64,000 nt of DNA. Origin: an uncultured Clostridia bacterium (GTDB taxonomy: Bacteria; Bacillota; Clostridia; TANB77; CAG-508). Position numbers and translations under genes: made by a program. This document shows, piece by piece, positions 11,901-21,145 of this stretch. The stretch lies in contig CAKPJC010000001.1 in NCBI GenBank assembly GCA_934162535.1, positions 15,577-79,576 on the forward strand, given 5' to 3'. Within the stretch, counting starts at the first letter, position 1, and the number at the start of each line of letters is the position of its first letter. The notes under the pieces are model-generated. The model did not search any database. It was not told the origin of the DNA and was given only the letters and a program-made list of their open reading frames with translations.

Positions 11901-13517
11901 AGTGGAACAGAACAATACTTAAGTGATAACTCAACAACAACACCATCATTCAGTTTCTACATGGGTCACTCAAAGAATGTAAGTACAAATGAGGTACTTG
12001 GTTCAGTAACAATACATTTACAAGTATCATATGTATCAGGAGATGAACTTATATTAAGAAATGTATATATACCATTAAGATTATCAACAAACAATACATT
12101 CAAATTAGCAACAGACTTCTATGAAGGAGCTATAACACCAGGTAAAAAATATAGCATGTTCCCAACAACAAATACAAGTATAACAAGTAACAGCTCATTC
12201 TCAGCATATTACTCATTATACTTAGGTGGATACTCACAAGACCAAGAATATTATGATAATTTTGTAGGATATAATCATTATCTTGTATCAAGCTGTGTAT
12301 TACCTGCAAAAACCAAAATAACATTTGTTGATAGGTCAAAAGATGAAATAAAATACTATTATTATATAGTAACAGACCAGGATGAACAAAACGCTAGAAA
12401 AGAATACAAATTCCAAGACTTTACTGCAATGGGAAGTACTGATGAAGGAACAGGAAGGACGGCTGAAAAATACAATAATGACTCAAGTTATTTGAATACA
12501 ACATTAGATATAGTATTAGAGGAATTTATATTCCAAGTGGACTTTGCAGATATTACATTAGCAAATACATTTGCAAATCAGTCACTAACGGTTCAATTAA
12601 GAGATATGTGGGATGATAGCGTTAAATTAAAAGTTAATACAGACCAATATCCAATGCTATTTAACTTATATAGTGACAAAGAAGCTATAAAGAGTGTAGA
12701 TGTAAATTCAAATAAAACATATATTTATATGGGAAATGAATTTAAAGTGGATTTAAAAACAGTATATGAATTCCAAACAGAAAATGCAGATACTGTATAT
12801 GATACAACACACTTTGAAGATCAGCTTGGTGTAAAAATAACTGTATTAGAAGGTAGTACACAATTATCATCAACAGACTTAACAGGTATATATGTAGAGT
12901 ATAATGGAAAAAGATATTATGCAAGAACTGATGGTTCATACAGAATAAAAATAGCAGATGCTGTTTCAAATGTATTAACTGACATGGTATTCTATACAGA
13001 AAATGGTAAACTAGATACGGCAACATATACATTCAAATTTGAGACATTTGGCTCAATAGATGGAGTATATTTCTCTAGCGCAATTGCAACAGATAGTATA
13101 AATATGCAAATAATAAATGCAGATTATGGTTTATCAGCTATATTAGATGATAAATCGGTACTAATAGACAAAGCAACAGGAATAACAAAAAATAATGATA
13201 ATGCTTTAGATTTTACAATAGGATATTCAGCAGAATTTACAAATCCTAAAATATGTGTATCATTATATAGAAGAGATTATTCAAGCATATATAGTTCAAA
13301 ATATAATTTAATAGACTTAGCAAATTATGTTTCAAATACTCTAACACCAACGGCTGTTGAAAAAGAATATTTGGTAACAGATAATCCACAAGCTACACAA
13401 AATTTTGTATTAAGACTAAAAGATAATCTTACAACGGGAACATATAAAATTGTATTCTCACTATATGATGGAGAAAATTACATAGGAAATATAGACAAAA
13501 TGATTATCATTAAATAA
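5904..13517 (+). CDS. giant (2537-aa) secreted or surface protein with an N-terminal signal anchor, a central tract of about 700 aa of about 22-residue beta-helix-type repeats (..V.GG.V.NVYGGxN..) and no LPXTG motif; putative adhesin or matrix fibre protein
   Basis: Uninterrupted 7.6-kb ORF with an SD (AGGAGG) before the ATG and an N-terminal hydrophobic segment. Dozens of degenerate YGG[GSN]N / FGGGN repeat units occur between about aa 980 and 1700. The C-terminus ends ...DKMIIIK with no sortase signal. Confidence 0.8.
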   Translation: MKYFEKYQKRKFHKKIVNTAFLLIFSIIAITSYYTANFSKAKDIIEVNVNIKDTIISESIEKCKVNATEGIDGESFYVKLPKYINNKKVIKYSYSTENAGVSTDTEQTAENEVEKAVKAEQNVPLNQIGPNDILPESKIYLTSTEVKKQELTILAHYDIREQNGKNLYNQYIEDTKDNNKITVSGYMPENAKLIIQEVDKKEAQTTIRQQSQRPIILAVAYDIKIQCGEDIYEPYEFDQNINVKIEKEDLKEKETNVWHIDDKNKVEKLEQKPETNDIEFVTNGFSIFGLEDVEATELALDGMADSILTIDDAESDKYYWQGQNYTEDTTGENKNIYTEYANVTVNYHGYGLNEVEPEKIGYVSLTEKYNIVTYKKTAPIVSGNISIELVDNPFIDRPTGYGFGGWTSPDGIISTDTKTKTQTITATGSKNVTLNIYANWKTATVVYLNSDGGNDNLNDGLSPETPFGSWSRAYEYLYNNSQDRTDRENNIIVLTGNIDSTMHGSRTVTGSQTMLADVTYESSTTFTSGEKYILATGTGEGSNALAGINGSIENATLSTTEKPPAGAEWIIQQSGNGYTIKNNDNWQYLHHSRYSGLYFSDSSFTWTYDINNRRFYYQTTGWRRTTYYLRYNNGTWTTTTNANSAQSFYFLKCKVENERPGPIVNTKSDNIGSNNNYTSSRNVASTITSLYGHVDYRDNAIMDLTQNNYRHIYAYADLQIEYLNINATGYTRACGTDGISISTRYPVFYGRAHNFRIGRGIKQAGTSNDASTAGAVIGGFESGTTVGSTYNSNNAYKLVIESGKYSSILAWNMRDETASYYGTVNWTLGNDIDRVLKENSQLKSYFRNTVNAGGGVNGRANVRDKAYLINVKSGTFGVDAVTDGYGDAYTSGIYMGGYGTGSSSGTRDISDRYMIVEGGLIYNINCGLKVDSGKTDILTKLYVKGGEIYNIVGGAGLSTTYGSRIQQITGGKIRYSVSGGSNGYSGSDGDGQISNCNTLVYIGGNAQIGDETLVGYVTDNNTSNDDQGKLYLVEAGCVLGAGNGSNPNYTAGQVDNSHIIIADEAHILNSVYGGGNYGIVGNRNGTTAKATIDILGGTVDRNVYGGSNNSSIFGSTTVNVKGGHVKGAVYGGTNTSGTVSSTATVNVTGGILGNDTNAEDNEALFGGGYGQSTTVSGKATVNILDTSSNVYIYGSAYGGSSLGRMNSNVEVNIQDIPGNSNIISIVGSVFAGGKGTTTTSATIAGSATLNIDGSNLPDCSVFGGNDINGTTSGAITVNVGRTYESKLKNAYGGGNKAGITTTTPSVRVYLLANSNVTNAFNGGRAANLTSSGTSDATRAIYLQGGKAKNIFGGSDSSGTVTASHVYIESGTAENVYGGNNIGGTTNTTYVYVTGGTVTNTYGGGYQASTPATNVSLTGGTVTNGFGGGNAADVTNTSISLAGSTATNIYGGSNEKGTVSSTYVTINSGTVTNVYGGNNAGGKSVNTEVIVNSSTENVYGGGNEAITSGDTLVTLHNATITGSAFGGGNGAAAIVLGNSVITADGTTNIAHDLFGGGNAAATGSSSKTSKVTVDISGGTIRGDVYGAANTSVVTGETHVNIGTTVVSTTGLTQGTIDIAGTVFGGGKSNTAGSEDYDFSFESVIGNTYIDINAENYDNGTYTYNIRKSIFGAGNAATMSGDGYINITNYGKASDIKQNISIQRATTVTIDNSVMYLEGTTDRTNEISTAVYTLNRIKDLKVKNNTTLYLASGANILEKLTSIDSSESKATVTIGPNGVLSRNVDNRIYLLQGKNLILKTEAGAHGEVYGMTYVGLFKGILNRDTGIYGTNYNHGDTVPADYEEFARNSYVQGKHYDGHDIKIDGFYTNYEEDGVIATKYIEPTPESAPYYQWILGKVSDDIYYDEIELIATKYATTSTYVLDLTGLDFPNMTVNVIGFDTSELRNDVILKDNSEIPNIEMDATKANTTFGLTMTAGNTGWQTKGTTAYYTSSDNQNNGTFSGTEQYLSDNSTTTPSFSFYMGHSKNVSTNEVLGSVTIHLQVSYVSGDELILRNVYIPLRLSTNNTFKLATDFYEGAITPGKKYSMFPTTNTSITSNSSFSAYYSLYLGGYSQDQEYYDNFVGYNHYLVSSCVLPAKTKITFVDRSKDEIKYYYYIVTDQDEQNARKEYKFQDFTAMGSTDEGTGRTAEKYNNDSSYLNTTLDIVLEEFIFQVDFADITLANTFANQSLTVQLRDMWDDSVKLKVNTDQYPMLFNLYSDKEAIKSVDVNSNKTYIYMGNEFKVDLKTVYEFQTENADTVYDTTHFEDQLGVKITVLEGSTQLSSTDLTGIYVEYNGKRYYARTDGSYRIKIADAVSNVLTDMVFYTENGKLDTATYTFKFETFGSIDGVYFSSAIATDSINMQIINADYGLSAILDDKSVLIDKATGITKNNDNALDFTIGYSAEFTNPKICVSLYRRDYSSIYSSKYNLIDLANYVSNTLTPTAVEKEYLVTDNPQATQNFVLRLKDNLTTGTYKIVFSLYDGENYIGNIDKMIIIK

Positions 13518-13610
13518 GATAAAACGCAGTTTCTATGTAGAAACATTATACCAATAGAAAGTTCGAGAAAAAATCCTATTGGATAAAATGATTAGTTGAA
13601 AGGGGTATTT

Positions 13611-15089
13611 ATGAAAAAATCAAACAAAACAATAATAATAGTAATTTCAATTGTTTTAGTAATAATGTTAATTGTTGGGGGGGTTGCATATGCATATATA
13701 GCAACAGACTTATTTAAAAGTAATAAAGAAATGTTTTTTAAATATTTTTCACAAGTTACAGATAAAGATACAGGAATAATTAACAAAAATCTAAATGATT
13801 ATTTTACTAAAAAAAGTAGTGAATCATATCAAAATAGAGGAAATATAAAATTTAACTATTCAGATAATACAGGTACAAATATGATGGATTCAAAAATATC
13901 TGACAAATTAAATGAATTATCAATTGAATTTGATGGAATATCAAACAAAGAAAAAAATATTACAAATAGAAATATTACAATTAATTATGGAAATGATGTA
14001 ACATTTCCAATTAAATATATAAAAGATCAAGAACTACATGGTGTACAATCTAAATATATAGGAAGTAAATATGTTTCTATTAGGAACAGTAATTTGCAAC
14101 AATTGGCTTCTAAACTTGGAATGGATACAACATTTATTCCTAATAAAATAGAGATTTCAGAAAAAAAGGAAAAAATAAAATTTACTGAAGAGGAATTAGC
14201 AAAAATAAAAAGCACATATGGTCCAATTATTGAGCAGGGGCTAACAGATGATAATTTTTCAAAGGAAGCAAATAATAAAGGAGAAAGCAATTATATATTA
14301 GCAGTTTCTGGAGACCAATTAAAAAATATAATGATAAACTTATTAGAGGCATTTAAACAAGATAAAGATTTAATAAAAAGATTAAATGAAAATATTAATT
14401 TAACTGAAATAAATACATCAAAACAAATAACGCAACAACAAATAAGCGAGATATTAAAAGAATTACAAGAAAAAGATTCATCAGAATTTAAAGAATTGAA
14501 AATTATGATTGGCTATTCAAAAAAATCTGTAAATGAAATTATGATACAATATGACCAAATAGTAATAAATATGAAAAAAGAAAAAAATAGTAATAGTGAA
14601 AAATATTCAGTAAATTTACAGATAAATAATAATGAGGAACAGGAAGATGTAAAAGACATTAGTACTGTAAGAATTGATTTTGAAGCAAATTATAATGGAT
14701 TAGATGAGTTAAAAGATGTTTCGGGAGAATATATGATAAAAATAAAAGCTATAACAAATGATAATACAGATTTACAATATCAGTATAATATAACAAATGA
14801 GGTACAATTTAATGATTCTATAGATGTTGTAAAACTTGATAATAGAAATACTTTTATTTTAAATGATGTTGAAGATAATGTACTTACCAGCTTTTTAACA
14901 AAAGCGAGCGAAAGAATTCAAACAGTAAATAAAGAACAAATGCAACAATTAGGATTAGAAGAAGATGAAAATCCATTATTATATACAAATTTTATTACTT
15001 ATTATTATGTTGAAACAATAAAATCAGTACAGTCAATTTATGAGAATTCAGTGAAACCATATGAAATGAATAGTAAAGGTAACGAATAA
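13611..15089 (+). CDS. membrane-anchored (N-terminal TM) extracytoplasmic protein of unknown function, last gene of the giant-protein operon
   Basis: The SD GAAAGGGG lies 5 nt before ATG 13611; the track start at 13596 overlaps the SD. No terminator separates it from the giant gene. A strong terminator follows. Confidence 0.65.
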   Translation: MKKSNKTIIIVISIVLVIMLIVGGVAYAYIATDLFKSNKEMFFKYFSQVTDKDTGIINKNLNDYFTKKSSESYQNRGNIKFNYSDNTGTNMMDSKISDKLNELSIEFDGISNKEKNITNRNITINYGNDVTFPIKYIKDQELHGVQSKYIGSKYVSIRNSNLQQLASKLGMDTTFIPNKIEISEKKEKIKFTEEELAKIKSTYGPIIEQGLTDDNFSKEANNKGESNYILAVSGDQLKNIMINLLEAFKQDKDLIKRLNENINLTEINTSKQITQQQISEILKELQEKDSSEFKELKIMIGYSKKSVNEIMIQYDQIVINMKKEKNSNSEKYSVNLQINNNEEQEDVKDISTVRIDFEANYNGLDELKDVSGEYMIKIKAITNDNTDLQYQYNITNEVQFNDSIDVVKLDNRNTFILNDVEDNVLTSFLTKASERIQTVNKEQMQQLGLEEDENPLLYTNFITYYYVETIKSVQSIYENSVKPYEMNSKGNE

Positions 15090-15131
15090 GAGAGTATAAA
15101 TATTATAAAATTTATGGATATGTGATTAAAA

Positions 15132-15160
15132 ATAGCAAGAAACACTTGCTATTTTTTTTT
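15132..15160 (+). terminator. rho-independent terminator (ATAGCAAG-AAACA-CTTGCTAT followed by T9)
   Basis: Perfect 8-bp stem followed by a run of 9 T. Confidence 0.7.
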
Positions 15161-15197
15161 AGTAATAGTACAATAATAGAGGAAAAGGAGGAAAGAA

Positions 15198-15857
15198 ATG
15201 GTAGAAATATCAACATCAATCCTAACAGTAGAAAAAGGAAAAGAATCAGAAGTATTTTTCGCACTAGAAAAATCCAAAATAGACTACTTTCACATTGACG
15301 TAATGGACGGAAAATTCGTAGAAAAAGACACATATCAAAAAATGTTAGAATATAGTAGTTATATTAGGAGAATATCAAACTTACCAATGGATGTACATCT
15401 TATGGTAGAAGATGTAAAGCAAGCGATAGAAGACTTCTCAACAGTAGAACCAAACATAATAACATTTCATTTAGAGGCATGTAAAACAAAAGAAGAAGTA
15501 ATGGATAGAATACAACAAATAAAAGAAAATGGTTCAAGAGTAGGAATAGCAATAAAGCCAGAAACAAAAATAGAAGAAGTATATGAATATTTGCCATACA
15601 TACATGTGTGTTTAATAATGACTGTAGAACCAGGAAAAGGAGGACAAACATTAATAACAGATATGTTAGCAAAAATATCAACACTAAAAACTTACATAGA
15701 AAAGAACAATATAGAAATAGATATTGAAGTTGATGGTGGAATAAACATAAAAACAGCACCAAGGGTAAAAGAAGCAGGAGCAGATATTTTAGTTGCAGGA
15801 ACTGCAATTTTAATAGCATCTGACTATAAAGCTATTATAGATGAACTAAAAAGTTAA
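15198..15857 (+). CDS. rpe: ribulose-phosphate 3-epimerase
   Basis: HIDVMDG, HLMVEDV and VDGGIN blocks, about 219 aa, with a strong SD. Confidence 0.85.
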   Translation: MVEISTSILTVEKGKESEVFFALEKSKIDYFHIDVMDGKFVEKDTYQKMLEYSSYIRRISNLPMDVHLMVEDVKQAIEDFSTVEPNIITFHLEACKTKEEVMDRIQQIKENGSRVGIAIKPETKIEEVYEYLPYIHVCLIMTVEPGKGGQTLITDMLAKISTLKTYIEKNNIEIDIEVDGGINIKTAPRVKEAGADILVAGTAILIASDYKAIIDELKS

Positions 15858-15874
15858 ATAAGGAGGAAAAAATT

Positions 15875-17182
15875 ATGTTAAATTTAAAACTTAATTTAGA
15901 AAACACAGGGATAGATGAAAAAGCTATAATGAAATACAAAGACAAGGTAGAAAAAATCCATGAGGATTTACACAAGAGAGCATCAGACGAAAAGGATTTT
16001 GTTGGATGGCTTAATTTACCAACAGAATATGACAAAGAAGAATTCAAAAGAATAAAAGAATCTGCAAAAAAAATACAAGAAGAATCTGAAGTTTTAGTAG
16101 TAATAGGAATAGGTGGTTCGTATTTAGGAGCAAGAGCTGTAATTGAGAGTTTAACAAGTACATTTTATAACATGCTCCCAGAAGGAAAAAGAAAATATCC
16201 ACAAATACTATTTGCTGGAAACAATTTAAGTCCAAATTATCTAAATGAACTAATAGAAGTATTAGGAACAAAAGACTTTTCAGTAAATGTAATATCAAAA
16301 TCTGGAACAACAACAGAACCAGCAATTGCATTTAGAATATTTAGAGAAATGCTAGAAAATAGATATGGAATAGATGAAGCAAGAAGTAGAATATATGTAA
16401 CAACAGACAAATCAAGAGGAGCACTAAAAACACTATCAGAAAAAGAAGGATATGAAACATTTGTTATTCCAGATAATGTAGGTGGCCGTTATTCTGTATT
16501 AACAGCAGTTGGACTATTACCAATAGCTGTTGCAGGAATAAATATAGATAAACTAATGGAAGGTGCAAGAACAGCACAACTAAAATATGAAGATTCAGAC
16601 TTAAAATACAATACATGTTATCAATATGCAATTACAAGAAACATTTTATATAAACTATATAAAAATACTGAAATATTAGTAAACTATGAGCCAAAACTAC
16701 ACTCATTTACTGAATGGTGGAAGCAATTATTTGGTGAGAGTGAAGGTAAAAACCAATTAGGTATATTCCCAGCAGGTGTTGATTTTACAACAGATTTACA
16801 CTCAATGGGACAATATATTCAAGATGGAAGAAGAAACTTATTTGAGACAGTATTAAGTATAGAAAAACCACATTCAAATTTAGAAATAAAAGAAGAAGAA
16901 GATAATTTAGATGGGCTAAACTATCTAGCTGGAAAAACATTAGACTATGTAAATAAAAAAGCTATGGAAGGAACAATAGCAGCACATGTATCAGGAGATG
17001 TACCAAATATTGTAATTGAATTACCAAAATTATCAGAAGAAACAATTGGACATTTAATATATTTCTTTGAAAAAGCATGTGCAATGTCTGGAATGATATT
17101 AGGAGTAGATCCATTTAATCAACCAGGAGTAGAAGAATATAAGAAAAATATGTTTAAATTATTAGAGAAACCAGGGTATTAA
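15875..17182 (+). CDS. pgi: glucose-6-phosphate isomerase
   Basis: [13 protein letters not shown] and GESEGKN motifs, about 435 aa, typical of short bacterial Pgi. Confidence 0.85.
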   Translation: MLNLKLNLENTGIDEKAIMKYKDKVEKIHEDLHKRASDEKDFVGWLNLPTEYDKEEFKRIKESAKKIQEESEVLVVIGIGGSYLGARAVIESLTSTFYNMLPEGKRKYPQILFAGNNLSPNYLNELIEVLGTKDFSVNVISKSGTTTEPAIAFRIFREMLENRYGIDEARSRIYVTTDKSRGALKTLSEKEGYETFVIPDNVGGRYSVLTAVGLLPIAVAGINIDKLMEGARTAQLKYEDSDLKYNTCYQYAITRNILYKLYKNTEILVNYEPKLHSFTEWWKQLFGESEGKNQLGIFPAGVDFTTDLHSMGQYIQDGRRNLFETVLSIEKPHSNLEIKEEEDNLDGLNYLAGKTLDYVNKKAMEGTIAAHVSGDVPNIVIELPKLSEETIGHLIYFFEKACAMSGMILGVDPFNQPGVEEYKKNMFKLLEKPGY

Positions 17183-17212
17183 ACCTTGGTTTCATATTAA
17201 GTGAGGTAAAAG

Positions 17213-17944
17213 ATGATAGTACAACATGAATATAGAATAAAAGTATCAGATGTAGGTAAAGAAAATAAAGCGACAAATAAAGCAATATTAGCAATATTAG
17301 AAGATGTAGCATGTATACATTCAGATATTGCAGGATATGGAGTAGAAAATATTGATGAAACACATGTAACTTGGTTATTATTAGAGTGGAAAGTACAAAT
17401 AATAAAAAGACCTAAATATGGAGATAAAGTTATTGCAAAGACCTGGTCAAAAGAATCAAAAAAATGTTATGCTTTTCGTGATTTTGAAGTATGCAACGAA
17501 AAGGGAGAAATAATAATAAGGGCAAGTTCAAAATGGGTACTAATGGATGTAGAAAAATGTAAAATTGTGACAATACAAGATGAAATAATGGGTAAATATG
17601 AACCAGAACTTGATTTAAAATCATTTGAAGATGAAGAATTTAAGAAGAATAGAGAGCCAGAAAAATGTGAAATGCAAACACTGTATAAGGTTAAGAAAAA
17701 TGATATAGACATAAATAATCATATGCACAATATCAATTATATAGATTTAGCAAATGAAATATTACCAGAATATATTTGTAAAAAAGGCGAATTAGATTAT
17801 ATTAGAATAACATATAAGAAAGAAATAAAATTAGGAGAAACAGTAATATGTAAGTTTGCTCATAATGAAGAAAAAAATTCAAATATAATCACAATAAAAA
17901 GTGAAGATGACAAAACATTACATGCTATAATAGAATTAACATAA
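17213..17944 (+). CDS. acyl-ACP thioesterase family protein
   Basis: N-terminal hotdog-fold pattern (HEYRIKVSDVG...NKATNKAIL...) and two-domain length of about 243 aa, characteristic of bacterial FatA/B-like thioesterases. Confidence 0.6.
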   Translation: MIVQHEYRIKVSDVGKENKATNKAILAILEDVACIHSDIAGYGVENIDETHVTWLLLEWKVQIIKRPKYGDKVIAKTWSKESKKCYAFRDFEVCNEKGEIIIRASSKWVLMDVEKCKIVTIQDEIMGKYEPELDLKSFEDEEFKKNREPEKCEMQTLYKVKKNDIDINNHMHNINYIDLANEILPEYICKKGELDYIRITYKKEIKLGETVICKFAHNEEKNSNIITIKSEDDKTLHAIIELT

Positions 17945-17964
17945 AACCAAGCTTTCACTTGACT

Positions 17965-19293
17965 TTATGTATCCTCAGAATATTTAAGTATTTTTAGTAA
18001 TTTTGTTCCACTAAGAGTAAAGTCAATAATTTCACTAATAAATATAGAAATAATATAACCACTAAAACCTAAAATAGGAACTAAAAAGTAAATAAATGCA
18101 ATACTTACAACACAGTCAAACACATTAATAGCCATAACACTAACTTGTGCATCTAGTCCTTTCAATATACTATCAATTACAATGTCCAAGTACATTACTA
18201 CAATAAGAGGAGAAAGTATTTTTAAATATTTTGCAATTTCTAATTTATTGTAAAGTATTTGACTTAGAGTATTTGCAAATGCAAAAATTAATATGGCGAT
18301 TATAACTGAAAATATAAAAGTACCTATTAAAACTATAAAAGATATATTGCGTATTTTTTTATAGTTTTTTTCTATATGAAATCTAGAAAATTCAGGAACA
18401 AGTAAACTACTAAAACTTGTTACAAGTATTACAGGGAACATTATAATAGGCATTGCCATACCATTTACAATACCATATGCAATTAACGAATTAGAAGAAT
18501 TCATACCACTTTTCTGCAGACTAGATGGAATAATTAACTGTTTTATGGTTGACAAACCAGAACGCAAGTATGATGTGAGTGCAACAGGTATTGTAATTCT
18601 TAAGATACGTTTATTATAAGAATCTAAATCCTTAAACCTTGATTCAACTAATTCCTTCCTCTTATCTAATTTATACAAAATATATAAGTATATAAAGGAA
18701 AGTACTTCAGAAATTACATCAGCAAGAATTAGAGAATAACATGCATAATTAATCCCACTAGGCATAAGAGTACTAAGCAAAAAAGCAGTACAAACTATTT
18801 TTACGAATTCTTCAAAGAACTTTGCTATTGCATTTTTATAAACACGTCGAACAGCTGTAAAATAACCATTAACAGCAGAAGACATAGAAATAAATGGTAA
18901 TGCAATACATATTAGGTAAATTACATTTTTACTAATGTGATTATTTAAACATGTTTTAACAATAAAATCACTTCCTAAAAAAAATATAATACTTGCACTT
19001 ATTCCAAAAACTAAACTAAAAAAGATACATCTTTGAGCTGCTTTTTTTGCACCAACCTCATTGTTACTTGCAAGTTCTTCTGCAACAATTCTTGTAGCAG
19101 AAATATTTATTCCAGCAGATGCAAGTGTAATGCCAAACAAGTAAACAGTCATTACAAGAGTAAATACTCCAACAGCTTCTTCGCCAATAGTATTAGATAT
19201 ATAAATATTAAAAAACATTCCAATTATTTGTAAAATTATTGAACTAAACAATAATATTAATGTATTAAATATAAAAAGTTTTAGTGTTTTCAT
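17965..19293 (-). CDS. MOP-superfamily polysaccharide/lipid II flippase (SpoVB/MurJ-like)
   Basis: Polytopic membrane protein with about 12-14 TM segments and a MATE/Wzx-like layout. ATG start at 19293 with an AAAGGG SD; the track uses an upstream TTG. Confidence 0.6.
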   Translation of the reverse strand: MKTLKLFIFNTLILLFSSIILQIIGMFFNIYISNTIGEEAVGVFTLVMTVYLFGITLASAGINISATRIVAEELASNNEVGAKKAAQRCIFFSLVFGISASIIFFLGSDFIVKTCLNNHISKNVIYLICIALPFISMSSAVNGYFTAVRRVYKNAIAKFFEEFVKIVCTAFLLSTLMPSGINYACYSLILADVISEVLSFIYLYILYKLDKRKELVESRFKDLDSYNKRILRITIPVALTSYLRSGLSTIKQLIIPSSLQKSGMNSSNSLIAYGIVNGMAMPIIMFPVILVTSFSSLLVPEFSRFHIEKNYKKIRNISFIVLIGTFIFSVIIAILIFAFANTLSQILYNKLEIAKYLKILSPLIVVMYLDIVIDSILKGLDAQVSVMAINVFDCVVSIAFIYFLVPILGFSGYIISIFISEIIDFTLSGTKLLKILKYSEDT

Positions 19294-19374
19294 AATAAAT
19301 AAAACCCTTTCAAAATAGCTATTTAATAATATTTTCAATATTATTAAATATGCTATAAATAAAAGGGTTTATAA

Positions 19375-20952
19375 TTATTTATGTTTTTGAATTATTTGCT
19401 TTTGTGGTTTATAGGTATCCGTTGACAATAGAGTCTTTGAAACTACTTTACCACTTTGATAAAGAACTCTATATGTAGAACATTTATATCCATATTTACC
19501 AGTTTGTTTTATAACCTCTGTGCCTTCTGGAATTGAAGAGACATATTCATATGTTGTATCAAAATCATTTTTTTGTGTTGTTTCTACAACAATATCTACA
19601 TTATATTTAGGAGTTTCTTCAACACCTTTAATTGCAATTGTTATAACACCTGTATTAATTGAGGCATCTATTCTTATAGGATAATTTCTAGAGTTTTTAA
19701 ATTTAAAATCAACACTACCATAAGAAACTGTTGCATCACAACCCATAGGTAAATAGTTTACTGTCATACTGTGATTTTTTCTTTCTACAATATCCAAGTT
19801 AGCAAGTAGAACACTATAATATAAATTAGAGGAAATTTGACAAATTCCACCACCAACTCCATAATCTAATTCTCCATCAGAATATATAATGGCTTCTTTA
19901 AAACCAGCTTTTGTTGAACGTTCACCAACTATTTTATTAAATGAAAATGTTTCTCCAGGAGCTACAACGATACCATTAATTTTATTAACTGCAATTTCCA
20001 AATTAGTAGCTCTGTTAGTATTTGTTATGTCATATTTTGTAGAAAAAGAGGATATTGTATTTACAAAAATATCTTCTCCTAAATCTGCAACTGTAATATC
20101 AGCATCTTTATAAACAAGAGGAATAGATATTTCATTTTCTTGTGAATTATTAACAAGATTTTTTACTTCATCAATTGAGTTAGCGAAATCAATACCTTTT
20201 TTTTCTACTACAATAGAATAAGTGTCTTTAGCAATTGATGCATTCACAGGCTCAGAATATATATCATCATGAATTTTCTCAACTGAAACAACATCAGGCT
20301 GTACATAACTAATAGGTAAAGATATTTCAGATTTGCTTTCATTTATTGACGATATTATAAGATTTTTTGCCATATCTTTATCTAGTTTATTACCAGCAGT
20401 GCCTTTACTTAATATCAAATTAGACCCATCTATATAATATGTAGGATTAACAACCAGATTTGGTATTTCAACACTTATATTATCAATAACATTGTCTAAT
20501 TTATCAGAATTGTATTGTATTGGTGCTTCTATATTATTTTTTGTAAATAATGAGCATAAAATTCTAAAGTTATTTGTAAGTATGTTTCCTGTACGACCAA
20601 CTCCATAGGCATTTTCTAATGCTGTTGCAATATCATATGAAAAGTCTATTTCAGCAGGTTGTATGCTTGTTTCATATCCATCATTTTTTATTTTTATTTC
20701 TTTTTCAAGTTTTTCATTAAATGCTTTTTCAAGTTTAGTTCTTGCTTCTTCCGTTGATAGTGAAGAAACAGAGATTCCATTTATATATACATTATTTATT
20801 ATTTTTGAACTTCCCATATTTAAAATTGAAAAGAATGTTGATATAAATATAACGCATAATATGATTGCAAATTTTAAAATTATATTCCAATTAAATTTTT
20901 TTATTTTTATCTTTTTTCTATTATTGCGACTTCTTAATCGTCTTTTATCCAT
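19375..20952 (-). CDS. VanW-family protein with N-terminal TM anchor
   Basis: It has the VanW signature GVGGGICQISSNLYYS, a basic N-terminus and a single TM segment. Confidence 0.75.
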   Translation of the reverse strand: MDKRRLRSRNNRKKIKIKKFNWNIILKFAIILCVIFISTFFSILNMGSSKIINNVYINGISVSSLSTEEARTKLEKAFNEKLEKEIKIKNDGYETSIQPAEIDFSYDIATALENAYGVGRTGNILTNNFRILCSLFTKNNIEAPIQYNSDKLDNVIDNISVEIPNLVVNPTYYIDGSNLILSKGTAGNKLDKDMAKNLIISSINESKSEISLPISYVQPDVVSVEKIHDDIYSEPVNASIAKDTYSIVVEKKGIDFANSIDEVKNLVNNSQENEISIPLVYKDADITVADLGEDIFVNTISSFSTKYDITNTNRATNLEIAVNKINGIVVAPGETFSFNKIVGERSTKAGFKEAIIYSDGELDYGVGGGICQISSNLYYSVLLANLDIVERKNHSMTVNYLPMGCDATVSYGSVDFKFKNSRNYPIRIDASINTGVITIAIKGVEETPKYNVDIVVETTQKNDFDTTYEYVSSIPEGTEVIKQTGKYGYKCSTYRVLYQSGKVVSKTLLSTDTYKPQKQIIQKHK

Positions 20953-21080
20953 TGTAAAACCTCCAGTGTAAACAAGATTTATAGTATTTTCAATGTAATT
21001 ATATAAATAAAATGTGTAAAAGTCAATGGATAAAATACCCTAAAAAACTAACAAATTTTGTGATATGCTTAACAGGGGGG

Positions 21081-21108
21081 TTGCAAAATATAAAATATGT
21101 GATATAAT
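21081..21108 (+). promoter_or_regulatory. sigma-A-type promoter for tig (TTGCAA-16-TGaTATAAT, extended -10)
   Basis: Hexamers read directly from the sequence at 21081-21086 and 21103-21108, with a TG at -15/-14. Confidence 0.45.
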
Positions 21109-21145
21109 ATAAAAGCTAAAAGTAAGGCAAGAAAGGAAGATTATA

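Noticed and set aside
13596-13610. Track start codons at 13596, 38701, 54270, 54808, 62122 and 19338
   Set aside because: These upstream starts overlap or precede the Shine-Dalgarno sequences. Downstream in-frame starts (13611, 38716, ATA 54279, 54826, 62146, 19293) have properly spaced SDs and match known N-termini, so those were used.
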